In this document: positions 7,506 through 15,398 of the stretch, in pieces
How positions within the stretch are numbered: position 1 is the first letter of the stretch
Layout: each line of letters opens with the position of its first letter
Assembly (NCBI GenBank): GCA_004284765.1
Contig: NQJD01000002.1
Coordinates: 30,001-62,000 of the forward strand
Direction: 5' to 3'
DNA from: Candidatus Electronema aureum
GTDB lineage: Bacteria > Desulfobacterota > Desulfobulbia > Desulfobulbales > Desulfobulbaceae
Length of the DNA: 32,000 nt
Notes under the pieces: generated by a model
The model's input: only the letters and a program-made list of their open reading frames with translations
Database searches by the model: none
What the model was told of the DNA's origin: nothing
Translations under genes and position numbers: made by a program

Positions 7506-8858
7506 TCAACGGCGCAAGCCCTTGGGCAATTTACGCCGCTGGCCGTCTTTCACCACCGCTGACTTGCCGCTGATCTTTTTCATCATTTTGAGCATCAGGG
7601 CGTAGCTTTTCAATACCCGGTTGACCTCTTGCACTGAAGTGCCGGAACCCTTGGCGATGCGGATTCTTCGGCTGGCATTGATGATCTTATAATTGGCCCG
7701 CTCCGTTCTGGTCATAGAAAGGATGATGGCCTCGGTCTTGAGCAGTTCCTTTTGGCTGGGCTGAGGAGCGTCTTTGAGCTGGCGGAGCTTGTTGATGCCC
7801 GGCACCATGCTCATGAGCTGTTCCATGCTGCCCATCTTTTTGATATGCTGGAGCTGTTCTAAAAAATCTTCCAGTGTAAAGGTGTTCTTGCGGAGCTTGC
7901 TGGCTAACTGTTGGGCCTTTTTCTCGTCAACGACTTTTTCCGCCCGTTCAATCAGCGACAGCACGTCACCCATGCCGAGAATCCGCGAGGCAGCGCGCTC
8001 AGGATGAAAGACCTCAAGCGCATCGAGTCCTTCGCCCACACCAACAAACTTGATCGGCCTGCCGGTAATTTGCTTGACCGAGAGAGCCGCGCCGCCGCGA
8101 GCATCGCCCTCCATCTTGGTCAAGATCACGCCGGTGATCTCAAGATCAGCACTAAATTTGGCCGCCACTGTCACCGCATCCTGACCGGTCATGGCATCCG
8201 CCACAAACAGCACCTCAGAAAGCGACACCGCGCGGGAAATCTCTTGCAGCTCGGCCATCAGCTCTTCATCAACATGCAGGCGGCCTGCGGTGTCGAGAAT
8301 CACTGTGTCGTAGCCCGCTGCCACAGCCTGCGCCTCAGCCTGACGAGCGATGTCAGCCGGTTTCTGCGCAGTGCTGGAGGCGAAAACCGGCACTCCGACT
8401 TGTTCACCCAGCACATGCAGTTGCTCAATAGCTGCCGGACGATACACGTCAGCAGGCACGAGGAAGGGTTTGCGACCTTTTTCCTTGAGCAGTCGGGCTA
8501 ATTTGGCCGAGGTGGTGGTTTTACCCGAACCTTGCAGACCAGCCATCATGATCACAACCGGCTGCCGTCCGTCCAAACGCAAGGATTCAGAGTGGGTGCC
8601 GAGCAGCGAAACCAGCTCCTCATAGACCACCTTTATGACCTGTTGCCCCGGAGCTAAACTGGTCAGAACTTCTTTGCCCACTGCTTTGGCCGTGACCGAG
8701 GCAACGAATTCCTTCACCACCTGAAGATTGACATCAGCTTCAAGCAGGGCCGTGCGCACTTCCCGCATGGCCTCAGCAATATTTTCTTCGGTCAGCGTAC
8801 CGTGACCGCGTAGCTTTCGGAAGACTCCGTCAAGGCGTTCGGTTAAATTCTCAAACAT
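7506..8858 (-). CDS. ffh: Signal recognition particle protein Ffh
   Basis: MFENLTERL N-terminus, GLQGSGKTTT P-loop, DTAGR motif, and a methionine-rich M domain. Confidence 0.97.
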   Translation of the reverse strand: MFENLTERLDGVFRKLRGHGTLTEENIAEAMREVRTALLEADVNLQVVKEFVASVTAKAVGKEVLTSLAPGQQVIKVVYEELVSLLGTHSESLRLDGRQPVVIMMAGLQGSGKTTTSAKLARLLKEKGRKPFLVPADVYRPAAIEQLHVLGEQVGVPVFASSTAQKPADIARQAEAQAVAAGYDTVILDTAGRLHVDEELMAELQEISRAVSLSEVLFVADAMTGQDAVTVAAKFSADLEITGVILTKMEGDARGGAALSVKQITGRPIKFVGVGEGLDALEVFHPERAASRILGMGDVLSLIERAEKVVDEKKAQQLASKLRKNTFTLEDFLEQLQHIKKMGSMEQLMSMVPGINKLRQLKDAPQPSQKELLKTEAIILSMTRTERANYKIINASRRIRIAKGSGTSVQEVNRVLKSYALMLKMMKKISGKSAVVKDGQRRKLPKGLRR

Positions 8859-8993
8859 GATCAGCCGGATAAAGTGGTAAACTTCGGACAGCGCAATGCG
8901 GCCACGACATTATCTGCCGCAGCTCCGTGAGCAGCATTTGCATAAGAAAACGAAAATATTTACCCCATGCAGGCGGTTCTGTCAAGTAGGAAG

Positions 8994-9027
8994 AAAAAAC
9001 AGCCGGATTTCATTACAGTTCCGACTG
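8994..9027 (-). terminator. Candidate rho-independent terminator downstream of fabD
   Basis: The minus-strand RNA reads CAGUCGGA-(12 nt loop)-UCCGGCUG followed by U6. On the plus strand this is A6 at 8994-8999 with stem arms at 9000-9007 and 9020-9027. One G-U pair in the stem. Confidence 0.5.
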
Positions 9028-9052
9028 TTCCTTCTGCCGTGATTCTACTTGG

Positions 9053-10006
9053 TCAATTAGACTGGATGATCTGCACTGCTTTTACCAATAATTCCGGTGA
9101 ATCAGCCTGTACGCAGACCACCGGACTGCCAGCAGGTAGGATTTTTTTCATCATGCCAGTAAGAACAGAACTAGGGCCAAGTTCAACAAAAACTTCTACC
9201 CCATCGGCAATCATCCGGCAGATGGATTCATGCCAACGCACCCGCGAAGCGATTTGACTGGCCATGATTGCCCGGATCGCTGCTGGGTTACTTTCCGGCG
9301 CGGCAGTGACATTGAAAAGCAAGGGAATTTTGGGCGAATGAAAGGTAGTCTGTTCCATACAAGCGGCGAAATCTGATACTGCGCCAGCCACCAGCGGACT
9401 GTGATTCGCTCCCGCCACCTTGAGCGGCACGATTTTCTTGGCTCCGGCATTTTTGCAGATTTCGCTAAAATTTTCCAACCCTTCCTGATCGCCAGAAATA
9501 ATGATCTGCTGCGACGAGTTATGATTAGCCACTACCACTGTACCTAGCCCGAAATAGGATGTCAGCAAGTCTTCGATTTCCTCAATGGTCAGACCGAGTA
9601 CGGCCCGCATCCCGCCCGGATGCGCTGCGCTTTCCCGCTCCATAAATTCGCCACGCTTAGTAACGAGGGCGATAGTGTCTTCGGCGAACAGCACCTCAGC
9701 GGCGTGTAAGGCCGAGTATTCGCCTAATGAATGTCCGCCAAGCCAAGCCGGTGTGAAATCTGGCAGAGCCTTTTGCAGCTGTTGCCAGCAGATGAGATTG
9801 ACGGCGGTCAACGCTGGCTGAAGATGCAGGACGCGAGTCAAGTCCTCTAACGGGCCGTCAAAACAGAGCTTGCGCAACGGAAAACCAGAGATAGCTTCGG
9901 CCATCTCCATCAACGCAGCGGCAGCAGGATCAGCTTCAATAAAGGCTTTGCCCATGCCAAGATACTGTGAACCTTGGCCGGGGAAAAGGATGGCTGTTTT
10001 TTTCAT
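9053..10006 (-). CDS. fabD: Malonyl-CoA:ACP transacylase
   Basis: FPGQGSQYLGMG and the GHSLGEYSAL active-site serine motif. Confidence 0.93.
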   Translation of the reverse strand: MKKTAILFPGQGSQYLGMGKAFIEADPAAAALMEMAEAISGFPLRKLCFDGPLEDLTRVLHLQPALTAVNLICWQQLQKALPDFTPAWLGGHSLGEYSALHAAEVLFAEDTIALVTKRGEFMERESAAHPGGMRAVLGLTIEEIEDLLTSYFGLGTVVVANHNSSQQIIISGDQEGLENFSEICKNAGAKKIVPLKVAGANHSPLVAGAVSDFAACMEQTTFHSPKIPLLFNVTAAPESNPAAIRAIMASQIASRVRWHESICRMIADGVEVFVELGPSSVLTGMMKKILPAGSPVVCVQADSPELLVKAVQIIQSN

Positions 10007-10100
10007 TCTTGGGCAGAGGGATGATTCTAAAATTTTTGCATTTTGCGATAGCGAAAAAAGACAGGGGCAAAAATCGCCCCTGCCTGATGATCACGTTTGA

Positions 10101-12506
10101 TCACTCAGCCTTATGCTCCGGCTTTTTGAAGCTGCCCAAGGTCAGCTCGATCACCTCATCCATGTGACTGACCGGGTAAAAAATGAGCTTTCTCCGCATT
10201 TCATCTGGAATTTCCACCAAATCCTTCTCGTTGTCCTTGGGAATGATGACCTTGGTGATTCCAGCCCGCAGTGCGGCTAAGGCTTTTTCCTTCAGTCCAC
10301 CGATAGGCAGAACCCGTCCACGCAGCGTCACTTCACCGGTCATGGCAATACCTTTCCGCACCTTTTGCTCAGTAATGGCCGAGCAGAGAGCTACAGTCAT
10401 GGTGATGCCTGCTGACGGCCCGTCTTTGGGAATGGCTCCGGCTGGCACGTGGATGTGGATGTCTCGCGATTCAAAATAACCTTTTTCCACACCCAGCTCA
10501 CTGCTGCGGCTGCGGCAGTACGTCAGGGCCGCCTGAGCCGATTCCTTCATCACCTCACCCAGCTTACCCGTGAGGAGCAAGCTCCCCTTACCCGGCACGA
10601 TGGAAGTTTCAATGTGCAGCAACACACCACCCACCGAAGTCCAAGCTAATCCGACTGCCAAGCCAGGCTGCGCTAAGGTGTCTAACTCCGCGTCCGGCAG
10701 ATATTTCGGCGGGCCAAGGTACTTCTCAACCGTGTTCTTGGATATGGAGTACGGCCCTTTGCCGCCCTCGGCAATCTTTCGGGCCAGTTTGCGGCAGATG
10801 CGACCCAGCTCCCGCTCCAGATTACGCACCCCGGCTTCCTCTGTGTAACTGGCAATGATCATCTCGATGATACTGTCGTCCATCTTGATATGATTCAGCT
10901 TAATGCCGTTTTCCTTAGCCTGTCGAGGCAAGAGGTAGGTGCGAGCGATAGCCTTCTTCTCTTCTTGGGTGTAGCCCGCAATTTCAATGACTTCCATCCG
11001 ATCCATCAGCGGGCCGGGGATAGTATCGGTGCGGTTAGCCGTGGTGATGAACATGACCTTAGATAAATCAAAAGGAATGTTCATATAATGATCAGAAAAG
11101 GTGTTGTTTTGCTCTGGGTCCAGCACTTCGAGCAAGGCTGAAGAGGGATCGCCCCGGTAGTCGGAGCCGATCTTGTCGATCTCGTCCATCATGAAAACCG
11201 GATTGCAGGTGCCTGCGCTCTTCAATCCTTGCAGGATGCGGCCTGGCATCGCCCCGATGTACGTTCTGCGGTGGCCGCGAATCTCGGCCTCGTCGCGCAT
11301 TCCGCCCAGCGAGAGCCGGTAGAACTTGCGGCCCATTGCCCGCGCTACTGCCTTACCCAGCGAGGTCTTACCAACGCCTGGCGGGCCGACAAAGCAGAGG
11401 ATTGGCCCCTTAGTCTCGGTGTTCAGCTTGCGCACCGCGAGGAATTCGAGAATGCGCTCCTTGACCTTCTCCAAGCCGAAGTGATCTTCGTCCAGCACTT
11501 TAGCAGCCTTGACCAGATCAAGCAGGTCAGTCGAAGACTTCTTCCACGGCAGATCAATGATCCACTCGATGTAGGTACGGATGATGTTGGCTTCGGATGC
11601 GTCGGGGTGCATCATCTCCAGCCGCTTCAGTTCCTTGAGAGCTTCCTTGCGGGCGTGCTTAGGCAGCTTCTTCTTGGTGATCTTCTTGGTCAGCTCCTCG
11701 ATGTCCTCGGTGTAGGCATCGTCGTCGCCCAGCTCCTTCTTCAGAGCCTGCATCTGCTCACGCAGGTAGTATTCCCGCTGGGACTTCGACATTTCCTCCC
11801 GTGCGTCCGACTGAATCTTAGCCTGCACCGCTGCTACTTCCAGCTCTTTGTTGAGTAGATTAGCCACTAAGCGGAGCCGCTCAAGCGGGTCAACGGTCTC
11901 CAGAATCTTCTGCGACTCACCTACCTTGAGGCGGAGATTAGAGCCGACCAAATCAGCTAACCTGCCTGGCTCTTCAATGCTGTTGACGATGCCCATCAAA
12001 TCAGCAGAAAGGATGCCGCGCAGGGACATGATCTTTTCGGTCTGCTCCCGCACCAAGCGCATCAGGGCCTCAATCTCAACCGTGACTGGCCCAGCCTCAT
12101 CTTCCTCGACCAAAGCGATGCCGACCCGGAAATGCGGCTCCTTCTGCTTATAGTCGGTGATCGTAGCCTTCGACAGAGCCTGCACCAGCACCTTGAGCCT
12201 GCCGTCCGGCAACTTGAGGCTGCGCATGATCATCACCACCATGCCCACCTCATACAGCTCTTCTGGCTCCGGCTTGTCGCTGGCTTGATCCTTCTGGGTG
12301 ACCAGCATCAGCATCTTGTTGCCGCTCATGGCCTCGTTCACAGCAGCCACGGAGCTGGGGCGACCCACAAACAGCGGCAGGATCATGTAATTAAAGACCA
12401 CCACGTCCCGCACTGCCATCATCGGCAGCTCTTCCGGGATGTCCGCGTCCTGAACGTTGTCCGCAAAATCGTCCATACTGCTGGACAATGAATCGTCACT
12501 CTGCAA
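10101..12506 (-). CDS. lon: ATP-dependent Lon protease
   Basis: LON N-terminal domain, GPPGVGKTS Walker A, KDGPSAG catalytic serine motif. 801 aa. TTG start at 12506 is preceded by GGAGG with a 5-nt spacer. Confidence 0.97.
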   Translation of the reverse strand: MQSDDSLSSSMDDFADNVQDADIPEELPMMAVRDVVVFNYMILPLFVGRPSSVAAVNEAMSGNKMLMLVTQKDQASDKPEPEELYEVGMVVMIMRSLKLPDGRLKVLVQALSKATITDYKQKEPHFRVGIALVEEDEAGPVTVEIEALMRLVREQTEKIMSLRGILSADLMGIVNSIEEPGRLADLVGSNLRLKVGESQKILETVDPLERLRLVANLLNKELEVAAVQAKIQSDAREEMSKSQREYYLREQMQALKKELGDDDAYTEDIEELTKKITKKKLPKHARKEALKELKRLEMMHPDASEANIIRTYIEWIIDLPWKKSSTDLLDLVKAAKVLDEDHFGLEKVKERILEFLAVRKLNTETKGPILCFVGPPGVGKTSLGKAVARAMGRKFYRLSLGGMRDEAEIRGHRRTYIGAMPGRILQGLKSAGTCNPVFMMDEIDKIGSDYRGDPSSALLEVLDPEQNNTFSDHYMNIPFDLSKVMFITTANRTDTIPGPLMDRMEVIEIAGYTQEEKKAIARTYLLPRQAKENGIKLNHIKMDDSIIEMIIASYTEEAGVRNLERELGRICRKLARKIAEGGKGPYSISKNTVEKYLGPPKYLPDAELDTLAQPGLAVGLAWTSVGGVLLHIETSIVPGKGSLLLTGKLGEVMKESAQAALTYCRSRSSELGVEKGYFESRDIHIHVPAGAIPKDGPSAGITMTVALCSAITEQKVRKGIAMTGEVTLRGRVLPIGGLKEKALAALRAGITKVIIPKDNEKDLVEIPDEMRRKLIFYPVSHMDEVIELTLGSFKKPEHKAE

Positions 12507-12587
12507 TTTTTCCTCCTGAGATCAGGAAATTACCAGCAAAAGCCCGCCTGTAGCCAACAGACCCGCAGCGGTTTGCTGCATCAATGG

Positions 12588-12616
12588 TTGAAAGAACTTA
12601 AACATAACCTTATAGT
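12588..12616 (+). promoter_or_regulatory. Candidate sigma70-type promoter
   Basis: TTGAAA (12588-12593), a 17-nt spacer, then TATAGT (12611-12616). The predicted start near 12623 would give an ~80-nt leader before the ATG at 12704. Confidence 0.5.
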
Positions 12617-12655
12617 AAGTCAAGCAGGGGAAGACGCGAGGCGCAAAAAAACATC

Positions 12656-12681
12656 GGCTGGCCCTCTGTCCGGCCCTTTTT
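12656..12681 (+). terminator. Terminator-like hairpin inside the leader of the hexapeptide-repeat gene (A-tract/T-tract flanked, potentially bidirectional)
   Basis: GGCTGG (12656-12661), an 8-nt loop, CCGGCC (12670-12675), then C and T5 (12677-12681). It is preceded by A7 (12645-12651). Confidence 0.4.
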
Positions 12682-12703
12682 GACAGACTCAGTGAGGTAA
12701 TTA

Positions 12704-13504
12704 ATGCTTTCCGCCCCTTCTTTTTTCGACCTAAGCGATTTTGACCACCGAGCAATTTTTCAGGACACTGTCCCGGCTTGGGACGCACTGAAGATGCTGA
12801 AAAGCTACATGAACGGGCTGGACTACGGTCTCTTCTGCCATGAGCATCTACAAAACGGTGTACCGTTGGCTTGTCCGCTCATTGTTCATAACGGAAAATT
12901 GCAGACAGCAGAAGGCTGCGCTATTACCTTTGGCGACGCAACCAAAGGCAAGCTGCGGGTTGTCCGTGAGGATCAAGAACTCAGCGGCGCGTCCGTGATT
13001 ATGGCCGGAGCAGTGATTATGGGCAGCAGAATCTTGCTTGGCAAAGGGGTTTTGATCGAATCCGGTGCCTTGATCAAAGAACCTGCGGTGATCGGCGACT
13101 GCACTGAAATACGGCAAGGGGCGTATCTGCGCGGCTACTGTTTGGCAGGTAAACGCTGCGTGCTTGGTCATGCCACTGAGGTTAAGCACTCCATTTTTCT
13201 CAATGATGCCAAGGCCGGGCATTTTGCCTATCTCGGCGATTCTATCCTCGGCAACGAAGCCAATCTTGGCGCAGGCACTAAGTTCGCCAATCTTCGCTTT
13301 TTACCCGGTAATGTTTCGATCAAAACACCAAGCGGCGTACTTGACAGCGGCTTGCGCAAATTCGGCGCAATCCTCGGCGACCGGGTGCAAACCGGCTGCA
13401 ACTCCGTCACAAACCCTGGCACCTTACTCGGCAAAGACAGCCTGCTTATGCCGAATACCACTGCGCCGTCTGGCTATCATTCACCCAAGTCAATGCTGCG
13501 GTGA
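12704..13504 (+). CDS. Left-handed beta-helix (hexapeptide-repeat) transferase, GlmU C-terminal-like
   Basis: Repeated [LIV]-G-x4 hexapeptide pattern (ILLGKGVLIESGALIKEPAVIGDCTEIRQGAYLRGYCLAGKRCVLGHATEV...LGDSILGNEANLGAGT). GAGG ribosome-binding site upstream of the ATG. Confidence 0.7.
   Translation: MLSAPSFFDLSDFDHRAIFQDTVPAWDALKMLKSYMNGLDYGLFCHEHLQNGVPLACPLIVHNGKLQTAEGCAITFGDATKGKLRVVREDQELSGASVIMAGAVIMGSRILLGKGVLIESGALIKEPAVIGDCTEIRQGAYLRGYCLAGKRCVLGHATEVKHSIFLNDAKAGHFAYLGDSILGNEANLGAGTKFANLRFLPGNVSIKTPSGVLDSGLRKFGAILGDRVQTGCNSVTNPGTLLGKDSLLMPNTTAPSGYHSPKSMLR
13457..13504 (+). repeat. Direct repeat copy 1, the functional 3' end of the hexapeptide-repeat gene (TTAPSGYHSPKSMLR*)
   Basis: 39/48 nt identical to 14328-14375, including perfect blocks ggctatcat and aagtcaatgctgcggt. 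Confidence 0.85.
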
Positions 13505-13533
13505 ATGATGAAAATTCAAAAATAGGATTCAAG

Positions 13534-14274
13534 ATGAATCATCTTTCACAGCTTATTGCAGCTTATCTGAGTTATTACTTATCAATATGCTGTTTGATTC
13601 TTATTCCAATTCAGGGTGATTGCGCAAGTTCATCATTGCGACCCGGTAAGTACATCTATGAAGGTGGATATGGCGAATTGACTATCAAACGAGAACTAAA
13701 TGGAAAACTTACATTCTCAATAGGTACTATTTTTCGATTCATGGTTTTTATGCCAGTATGCGGTCTTGATGGGCAACTTGAAGGAAACAAGAGTATTATT
13801 ACAATTTCTGAGGAGATGGAAGGCATCAAGGATGGTCTTTGCATTGTGAATTTTTCTTATACTTCTGACGGAATCAATGTTGACAGCAGTAATTGTGACT
13901 ATTTTTGTGGAACTAATGGTAGCTTTGATGGACTTTACCTGAAACCAGCTATCGGTTGCAAAGCTAATGAAATTAGTCGCTCCCGTAAAAAATTCAAGCA
14001 GCTTTATGACCATAAGGATTTTGACAAGGCATATGCAGTTCTATCACCCGTACTGAAGAACTGTGAGCGAGTCTTAGCAATGGAGGATGCCGGATGGATT
14101 CGAAATGATATAGCTATAACAGAATATCAGATGGGTCATTATAGTGATTGCATAGAGACGTTAATCCCTCTTGTTAAGGAACAAGAATTTTTGACAGAAA
14201 GTTACGAGCCTATCATTAACGCGACTCGATTCAATATGGGATTGTGCCGTGAAGGTGATAGTCATGATGAATGA
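13534..14274 (+). CDS. Hypothetical secreted/exported Cys-rich protein (orphan) in an AT-rich cassette
   Basis: The track ORF is 13501..14274. The likely start is ATG 13534 (MNHLSQLIAAYLSYYLSICCLILIPIQGDCASS), a hydrophobic signal-like N-terminus. I recognised no family. Confidence 0.5.
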   Translation: MNHLSQLIAAYLSYYLSICCLILIPIQGDCASSSLRPGKYIYEGGYGELTIKRELNGKLTFSIGTIFRFMVFMPVCGLDGQLEGNKSIITISEEMEGIKDGLCIVNFSYTSDGINVDSSNCDYFCGTNGSFDGLYLKPAIGCKANEISRSRKKFKQLYDHKDFDKAYAVLSPVLKNCERVLAMEDAGWIRNDIAITEYQMGHYSDCIETLIPLVKEQEFLTESYEPIINATRFNMGLCREGDSHDE

Positions 14275-14327
14275 TTAATAAATTCGTAATTCATTAAAGG
14301 TTAGATTCTTTGTCAAAAAGATGCTAA

Positions 14328-14375
14328 ACCACCGCACTTTCGGGCTATCATCCGCCGAAGTCAATGCTGCGGTAA
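14328..14375 (+). repeat. Direct repeat copy 2, a displaced ghost 3' end of the hexapeptide-repeat gene (TTALSGYHPPKSMLR*)
   Basis: Its frame is bounded by TAA at 14325-14327 and TAA at 14373-14375. 39/48 nt identical to 13457-13504. Confidence 0.85.
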
Positions 14376-14433
14376 CGGCTGATCCCAGCCCCCTACAGTA
14401 AGTAATCGCACTTAACGCACTTAATTTATCTAC

Positions 14434-15345
14434 ATGAATCAATCAGAGAACTATCATTCTGGCGTGGTCGCCGTAGTCGGCCCACCCAATGCGGGTAAAT
14501 CCACCCTGCTGAACCGCTATCTTCAGCAGAAAATTGCTATCGTCACCCCGCTACCGCAAACCACCCGCAACCGGATTCAGGGTATCGTCACCGGCAAGGA
14601 CTGGCAGATGATCCTGCTCGACACCCCCGGCTTGCACAAGGCCAAAGAAACGCTGAATAAGGAGATGATGCGGATTGCGATGGATGCGTTAGCTGAGGCG
14701 GACGTGGCCTTGTTTCTTGCTGATGCCTCAGATGATTCTCAGCGTCGAGAACGGCGACGGAGCGAATACTGTGGCTGGTTAGAGCAGGTGCGTTGCCCCT
14801 CGGTGCTGGCCCTCAATAAGATTGACATGATGAGTCGCGATCAGCTGTTGCCAGTCATTGACTGGTATCGCTCGTTGCATCCCTTTAACGCCATTATTCC
14901 GATTTCCGCCTTGAACGGTGAGGGAGCAGAGCTACTGCTTCAGGAGTTAGTCAGCCGTCTGCCCGAAGGGCCACAGTATTATCCTGCTGATATTCCCACC
15001 GATGCAACCGAGCGTTTCATTGCCGCAGAGCTGATCCGGGAGAAGATTTTTCTGCGCACCCATCAGGAGGTTCCTTACTCCACCGCTGTGCTGATTGAGT
15101 CTTTTCAGGAAGATGAGCAGGCCGGACAGGTGGTGATTCACGCGGTCATTCTGGTGGCACGTGATTCGCAGAAGGGTATTATTATCGGCAAAAACGGTGC
15201 AATGCTGGGCGATATCCGCAAAGCCGCTGTCAGAGAAATCGAAAAAATGCTCGGCTGCAAAGTGCAGCTCAGGCTCTGGGTCAAGGTCAAAAAGAACTGG
15301 ACAGAAAACGAGCAAATTCTCCGTGAGTTGGGGATGCAGGGGTAG
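14434..15345 (+). CDS. era: GTPase Era
   Basis: GVVAVVGPPNAGKSTLLN G1 motif, DTPG, NKID, and a C-terminal KH domain. Confidence 0.95.
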   Translation: MNQSENYHSGVVAVVGPPNAGKSTLLNRYLQQKIAIVTPLPQTTRNRIQGIVTGKDWQMILLDTPGLHKAKETLNKEMMRIAMDALAEADVALFLADASDDSQRRERRRSEYCGWLEQVRCPSVLALNKIDMMSRDQLLPVIDWYRSLHPFNAIIPISALNGEGAELLLQELVSRLPEGPQYYPADIPTDATERFIAAELIREKIFLRTHQEVPYSTAVLIESFQEDEQAGQVVIHAVILVARDSQKGIIIGKNGAMLGDIRKAAVREIEKMLGCKVQLRLWVKVKKNWTENEQILRELGMQG

Positions 15346-15362
15346 ATTGTAGCCCCGCAGAG

Positions 15363-15395
15363 TGGGCTTCCACTTGGGAAGCCCAGCCTGTTTTT
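15363..15395 (+). terminator. Rho-independent terminator between convergent era and the PMM/PGM gene
   Basis: TGGGCTTCC (15363-15371), a 5-nt loop, GGAAGCCCA (15377-15385), then T5 at 15391-15395. Confidence 0.7.
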
Positions 15396-15398
15396 CCT

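Noticed and set aside
6873-7562. Plus-strand ORF of 229 aa spanning rimM, the KH-protein gene and rpsP
   Set aside because: It is antisense to three well-supported ribosomal-operon genes, and its translation is implausibly Ser/Arg-rich.
8859-8993. Search for small RNA or tRNA genes in the ffh-fabD and other intergenic gaps
   Set aside because: I could find no cloverleaf-compatible arms or conserved RNA motifs by eye. I am not claiming absence; a tRNAscan or Infernal run would settle it.
10183-12491. Several plus-strand ORFs (for example 11229..11858 at 209 aa, 11848..12153 and 12132..12491)
   Set aside because: They are antisense to lon and have no recognisable domains.
12514-12527. Palindrome TCCTGA-GA-TCAGGA overlapping the lon Shine-Dalgarno sequence (possible RNA thermometer)
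   Set aside because: At best it forms a 5-bp stem with a 4-nt loop, which is too weak to argue for a regulatory structure from sequence alone.
12522-12788. Minus-strand ORF of 88 aa upstream of lon
   Set aside because: It overlaps the start of the hexapeptide-repeat gene, spans the promoter and hairpin region, has no ribosome-binding site, and has an odd composition.
14407-14424. Perfect tandem 9-bp duplication CGCACTTAA x2, 10 nt upstream of the era start
   Set aside because: It is real in the sequence, but it is too short to assign a function and may be simple slippage. I note it without interpretation.
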